DNA of 64,000 nucleotides. It comes from Gekko japonicus (Eukaryota). The first letter of the stretch is position 1, and each line of letters starts with the position of its first letter. Both the position numbers and the translations under genes were made by a program. Location of the stretch: the NCBI RefSeq assembly GCF_001447785.1, contig NW_015167083.1, positions 536,873-600,872 of the forward strand. The letters are read 5' to 3'. This document shows positions 57,748 through 64,000 of this stretch, one piece after another. The notes beneath the pieces are model-generated. The model was not told the DNA's origin. It searched no databases and saw only the letters and a program-made list of their open reading frames with translations.

Positions 57748-58139
57748 ATGTCTATTTTTCTTTGCCTCTGGCTATTCTAAATGCAACGTATACACAATTA
57801 TTTGGACTTCTTAATGTGTGTTTGCAATAATTTTTTAAAAAAGAATCATTCCAGTTTTGCAGCTAAACAGTGGGAAATGCAAAGCAGAAGCAGGAGAAAA
57901 GAGAAGTCTATTTGCACACACAGGTTGTGACCAGAGAACACTTGGATGAATTCTATGAAGTTTTATGCGATCTGAAGAGAATCAGCGCGAACTTTATCCC
58001 GCTCCAGCGTCAAAGATAGGCAGACAGAAACGCAAGTGGAAGGGAAAAGGTCCATCAGTGGCTGTCAGCCATAATGATGAAAAGGAATACCTATGGGTAA
58101 GCATCAGAAAGGGCTTGCCCTGTATGTCCTGTTTGCTGT

Positions 58140-58245
58140 TTTTCAAGGACACCTGGCTGGCCTACTGTGTGAAACAAGTTGCCAGACTAGATGGACCACT
58201 GGTATGATCCAACAGGTCTCTTCTGTTGTACTTACTTTCTTAATG
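58140..58245 (+). mobile_element. CR1 LINE 3' end fragment
   Basis: cactgtgtgaaac-like block, gactagatggaccactggt.tgatcca.cagg. Confidence 0.65.
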
Positions 58246-59611
58246 CTTTCAGTGTTCTGAATGTAAGTCAGTATCATTATTTGCATACTCCAGATTGGGG
58301 GCAATGGTAATAAAACATGTAGCATATGTGGGATTTGAACAGATCTTTCTGATTACAATCAATTTACTTGGTAATTTCATTATGCATTTATAACAGTATC
58401 CTCTGCTTCTGTATTCTATGTATTTTGAAAGGATGATGTTAGTCATATGGACACCAGTCAGCTTCAAATAACCAGCTAAGGTAACATTTAGCATTTGTCA
58501 AACAGACAACAATTACCTCTCCCTTAGGGATGCTGCAAACATCACACTTAACATGTTCAAAAGGTAAACATAGGAAGTTTCACAATTTTAATTACTCATC
58601 AGCCAAACCTCTGATCCCTTTGCCTGTCCATTGTCCACCTCAAATGACTGTCAGAGTGCTTTGCAGCTTTGCAATAACTATGGCAGTGGACTAACACTTC
58701 CTTATGGTAGTAGTTTATTTATTTATTTTATTCAATTTATGCCCTGCCCTCCCCGCAATGCGGGCTCAGGGCGGCTTACATGGAGGCAAACGCCAATACA
58801 AAACATATAAAACCATTTAAAATCACAAATATACAAAAACATTTTAAACAAATTATAGACTAAAGTGCTCTAGGTGTTCAACGTGATATTTCATAGATGG
58901 CGTAGTTTTATTTCCTTATCTTGTGGTGGTCTTTGCATCTGTTCAGGAGATGAGATGATTCTACACAGGATGATCCAGTTATGTAATTGAATAACATGAG
59001 GGAAGAAAGTATGCCTCCCATAGGGCTTAATGAAAATATGCATGTCTGAAAGAGCACATATAACACAGATTTGAACAACCAATGGTAAGATTTTTTTTAA
59101 AATACAGTGTTTATAATCAATGGCTGGCTGATTTGCTCTCTGTCTTTTTCTTATCCAATTGGCTGCCAGGCAACAAGCAAGAAAACCTGGAGCAGGGAGT
59201 CTATCATGGTATGTTAGTATGTCAGTATTTGAAACACTGCCAGTTGCACAGTACTGTACTGTTTGAATGTCTGAAAAAAATATTTGACTAGAACTGCTCA
59301 TGAACAGCCAAACTGATGAACAAAAAAAATCACTTGCTATTTGCAACCAGTAGCATTCTTACTTCTCTGTGCTTTTCCTAACAACTTTTAATTAAGATCA
59401 TGGTCAATTTAAAAGGCCTGCAACAAACTGTCAATGTGGAACACTGTTATCTTTCCATCGGTTCCTTTCCCAAAATCTGCATTCAATTGCTCTGTCAAAG
59501 TTTCAAATGTTTCATTTTTTTACATTGTAATTTTTAGTGTTAAAATATCTCTCTGATGGACTGTACATACCTCCTCATGTGCCTACTGTGTAAACTATTT
59601 AACAATTAATG

Positions 59612-61024
59612 AAACTCCATCAATTCTACTTATCCATGGTTCCAAATGATAAAGGTATCATCTACATACCGGAACCAGACTGTTGGTTTGTGTGGTGCAG
59701 ATTCTAAAGCTGTTTTTTCAAAATGCTCCATGTAAAAGTTTGCTATAACTGGGCTGAGAGGGCTTCCCATGGCAACGCCATCTACCTGTTCATAGAATTC
59801 ATTATCCCATTGGAAGTAACTGGTTGTCAAACAATGGTGGAATAAAGCTGTTATGTCATCTGGAAAAAATTGATTAACAAGCATGAGTGTGTCTTTTACC
59901 AGAAACTTGGTAAAAAGAGATACCACATCAAAACTGATGAGTATGTCCTGTGGGTTGAGTTTCAGAGAACTGATATTGTTGATGAAATGTGTTGAATCTT
60001 TGATGTATGTTGTGGTTTTTCCTATGTGGTAGGTAGATGATACCTTTATCATTTGGAACCATGGAGATGTAGAATTGATGGAGTTTTTAGACCACCTCAA
60101 CAACATCCACCCTAACATACAATTCACCATGGAAAAAGAAGTCAAGGGTAAACTCCCATTTCTAGATATCATGGTCATCAGCAAAACTAACCTTCAATTA
60201 GGTCACAAGGTCTACAGAAAACCAACTCACATGGACCACTATTTGCATAAAAACTACAATCACCACCCTTGGCAAAAAAGAGGCATAATCAAAACATTAG
60301 TAGACCGTGCAAGATAGATATGTGAACTGCACTTTCTCAATGATGAACTAAGTCATCTAAACCATGCTCTTCAAGCAAATGGCTATTCCAAGAATGAAAT
60401 CAGAAGAGTGAGTAAACTAAAGGTAAAACAAACAACTGAGGAATAACAGTGTCCCACAGGAAAAGTGTTTTTGCCATATATCAAAGGAATCACTGATCAG
60501 ATGGGAAAACTTATGAAAAAACACAACCCAGAAACAGTATTCAGACCCACCAGAAAAATGCAACAGATGCTACGATTGGCAAAAGACAGAAGAGACCCCT
60601 TCACTTCTGCAGGAGTATACCACATACCATGCAGTTGTAGACAAGTTTACATCGGGACCACACAGCATAGCATTCGGACAAGAATAAAATAACATGAAAA
60701 ACACTGCAGACTTGGCCACCCTGAAAAATCAGCAGTGGCTGAACATAGCCTAACTCAAACAGGACANNNNNNNNNNNNNNNNNNNNNNNNNNNNNNNNNN
60801 NNNNNNNNNNNNNNNNNNNNNNNNNNNNNNNNNNNNNNNNNNNNNNNNNNNNNNNNNNNNNNNNNNNNNNNNNNNNNNNNNNNNNNNNNNNNNNNNNNNN
60901 NNNNNNNNNNNNNNNNNNNNNNNNNNNNNNNNNTCAGGTTCTACAATGCCAAAACCATGGCCACACATCCCAGAAAATCTACAGCAACTAATGAACTCTG
61001 GCCATGAAAGCCTTCGACAACATA
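59612..61024 (+). mobile_element. Penelope-like element, Poseidon type, with inverted 5' segment
   Basis: Minus-strand 59612-60028: SFDVVSLFT, GVAMGSPLSP..AN.YME, WFRYVDDTF. Plus-strand 60029-60766: HPNIQFTME, LPFLD, VYRKPTH, LPYIKG, GVYHIPCSC.QVYIGTT (GIY-YIG). After the gap, terminus ggccatgaaagccttcgacaa as in lizard Penelope pLTRs. Confidence 0.92.
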
Positions 61025-61117
61025 TTGACTAGTAAATGATTTTCTGTAAATCCAGTATTGCCAAACTATGGAATGTAGCCTGAAACATGTATGTGTGTAT
61101 GTGTGTATGTGTGGGTG

Positions 61118-61362
61118 TGTATGTATCTACATAATTTGTATGCTGCCTCACAAGAGCCACCAAGATACCTGACAGTTTTAAAACATACATAAAATCACAT
61201 TTTAAAACTATTAAAATCAACCCCCCACAGACACAAATATGTATGTATGTATCTACAAAATTTGTATGCTGCCTCACAAGAGCCACCAAGATACCTGACA
61301 GTTTAAAACATACATAAAATCACATTTTAAAACTATTAAAATCAACCCCCACAGACACAAAT
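61118..61362. repeat. Tandem duplication (~125 bp x2) at the tail of a minus-strand L2-like fragment extending to ~61700
   Basis: tatgtatctaca..atttgtatgctgcctcacaagagccacc...cagacacaaat occurs twice. Confidence 0.85.
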
Positions 61363-61699
61363 CATTGAACCAATTAAAAACAGTGTTAAAATATATACAA
61401 GACATAACAGCAGCAGTTTAAATATTAGTTAGGAAGGAGGGGTCACTGAGGTAATGACAAATGAAACAAAAAAGTCTTCACTCACTGGCTGAAGCCAGCA
61501 ATAGAAAGGGACATATGAATCTCTCTGGGAAGAAAGTTCTACAGCTCTGGTGCCAAGACCATAAAAGCCCTTTCCTCGGTTGCCACCCGCCTAATCTCAG
61601 AAGGCAGGGGCACCTGAAGCAGGGCCTCCAGAAAGGACCATAGTCAGTGGTCAGGCAGGTTCATTAAGGAGTAGGTGGTGCTTCAGGTACAATGATCCC

Positions 61700-64000
61700 A
61701 ACCTGCATTTTTTTCAACTACAATACCCTTCTGCTATGGTAGGAAAGATGATTGGAAAAGCCAGAATGATACCCATGGACAGCTTGCTACAAGACAAGCC
61801 CAAGGAAAATAATAACAGAACACCACTGGTGATCACCTACAACTCACAACACAAGCCAGTTCAATGCATTATTAATGGCCTGCAACCCATGCTGGATAGT
61901 GACACTTCCCTTACACAGGAACTGGGGGAGGAATGAGCTTTTCTTGCTTACAGACAGCCTGCTTACCTAAAACAACTTCTCACCCACAATGACAAACTAC
62001 TTAACAGTAACATGGACTCTGGTACCAAGGACTGCCACAAACCAAGATGCCAACTTTGCTCTCATATAGACCCTAAAAACTCCATCAGTGGACCCAGCAT
62101 AGGGTTGCCAGACTCTCAGTCTGGGTGGGGTTCCCCCAATTTTCAAGGCTTCAACCCATGGCTGACCAGCTGGCTAGTGAGGGAAGCCCCGCCTCCAAGA
62201 ATGACCACCTGTGGCCACCACTCTCCTTGTTCTCCTGAGAAATTTAAAGGGCCCTCCAGCTGATCGGGGGAGCACGTGGCCTGCCAATCGGCAGGAGGGC
62301 CCTTTAAATCTTGCAGGAGGGGAGGGAGAGGGGCGGTCACTGGCCACACTCCTGAAATCCAAGTGGTGGTTTGCTGCTTGAAATTCAGGCGCGTGCGGCC
62401 CTGCTGGCCAGAAGCATTTAAAGGGTCCCTTTAAATGAATCTGGCCAGCGAGGGCCGGGCCTTGCATGCCTGATCTCCAAGCAGCATGGCTGGCATGCCG
62501 CCCCTCCCCCACCCCTCCTGCAAGATTTAAAGGCTCCTCCAAGCGGCTGGCCTGTTAAATATCACAGGAGGTGAGGGAGAGGGGTGTCCATGTTGGGTCA
62601 CTGCCCACGAGACAACAACACAGTCCAGAGTGGGTACAAAGAAAATTATTGACGGCATCTGAGATTATGTAATTGATTTATAGATTTTATTAATCTTCAC
62701 ATTGTTTTAACTGTCGTACATCGCCCAGAGCCTTGTGTGTGCAGGGACTGGGCAATTCACAAACCTAAAGTAATAAATAAAATGTAAGAAAGGCACCTGT
62801 AGCTTCACTTGTGAAAACACTCACAGTTTCCCCCTAAATAAGTACCTGGAAGAGGGTCTGGTTCTGGCTGTGCTATGCTTTGTACTGAATAAAGATCCTT
62901 CTTATTGCTAAATTGTATCTGACGCTGTAACTTGGATTCCAAGTCTAAGTCTTGTGCCTAATGCTCACCGCATACACTACCATGGGAGGGTAAAAAGCGT
63001 GCATCTCTGGATTGAGTTGCTAATGTGTTCTGTCCCAGATGCCAACTAAGGGTTTGGAATCTCTTCCCTTAGGAAAAGAAGGCACTAGTGAAAAGAGGTT
63101 CTGGTGGCAAATTGTCTGGAAACCAGAGAGGGTATAGACCACCTTGTGGTTTGTTGTTTAATGTACTGAAAAGTACAGGATTCCCTCTCATCCCTGGACT
63201 GGCCTGGGTGAGCTAATCCTGTACAAGAACTCTTTAAATCTTGCAGGAGTGGAGGGAGAGGGGTGGCCCCTGGTTGCATGCCTGAAACCGATTCGCTCCT
63301 TGGAATTCAGGCACATGCAGCCGTGCTGGCCAGAAGCATTTAAAGGATCCCTTTAAATGCTTCTGGCACTAGGGTATGGGCCTCACACGCCTGAATTCCA
63401 AGTGGCATTGCTGCTTGGAGTTCAGGAACATGGCTGGTGGCCACTCCTCTCATTCCCCTCCTGCAAGATTTAAAAAGCCCTCCAGCTGATCGGTGGGCCC
63501 TTTAAATCTCACAGGAGGGGAGGGATAGGGGTGCCTGTGTCTGGTCATTGTTGGGGGTGTGGCTTGGGGGCAGGGTATCCCCAAAATGATGTCATAATAT
63601 TGGGGATGCCCTGCCCCCAACAATAACCACCAAAGTCGCCCACTAGGAATGAGGCCAGATTTGGCAACCCTAACCCAGCAATGTCAGCTGTACCATCTCA
63701 GGTTCATATTCCTGCTCATCATCTAATGTTATTTATGCTATCACATGTCAACAATGCCCTTCCACCCTCTACATTGGACAAATAGTCCAGTCCCTTCGAC
63801 AAAGAATTAATGGACACAAATCTGACATTAGGAACCACAATATTCAAAAACTAGTAGGGGAACATTTTAACCTTCCAGGAAATTCAGTTGCTGACCTAAA
63901 AGCAGCAGTTATCTTACAAAGGAATTTCAAAGGGAGATTAGGAATAAAGACTGCTGAATTGCAACTGATAATGAAGCTAAAAGCAATGCATTCCCCTGGA
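61700..64000 (+). mobile_element. Penelope-like element, Neptune type, interrupted by a hAT insertion; runs off the window
   Basis: RTPLVITYN, AYRQP..LKQLL, CHKPRCQLC before 62099. Resumes at 63673 with SCSSSNVIYAITCQQCP..LYIGQ..QSLRQRINGHKSDI...VGEHFNLP...ELQLI (GIY-YIG). Confidence 0.92.
62100..63672. mobile_element. hAT (Blackjack-like) non-autonomous element with palindromic internal modules
   Basis: TIR tagggttgcca / tggcaacccta; perfect 8-bp TSD acccagca (62092-62099 and 63673-63680). Confidence 0.9.

Noticed and set aside
57924-58096. Possible exon (VVTREHLD frame, or MRSEENQ...EYLW ending at GTAAGC)
   Set aside because: The VVTREHLD resemblance to AHCY-like proteins does not extend and hits a stop; the other frame is unrecognised.

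Overview
Vertebrate genomic DNA, very probably a gecko (inferred from Squam3/Squam2-type SINEs and gecko-style MITEs). It is intronic or intergenic, has four N-gaps, and contains no host protein-coding gene I can recognise. It is dominated by decayed transposable elements. The main element is a ~5 kb minus-strand Ngaro-type tyrosine-recombinase retrotransposon (2466-7425) with split direct repeats, gag, RT, YR and an extra SGNH-hydrolase ORF. That ORF has no start codon and sits behind a splice-acceptor-like site. There are three Penelope-like elements: two of Neptune type, one with recognisable hammerhead ribozyme motifs, and one of Poseidon type with a 5' inversion. Three non-autonomous Helitrons share swapped 5'/3' modules and carry captured MITE fragments. 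The rest comprises two 5'-truncated L2 LINEs, an RTE-X-like relic, a truncated Gypsy element, solo LTRs, hAT MITEs with 8-bp TSDs, CpG-rich Harbinger-like MITEs and many SINEs. All calls come from reading the sequence by eye; no database searches were run.
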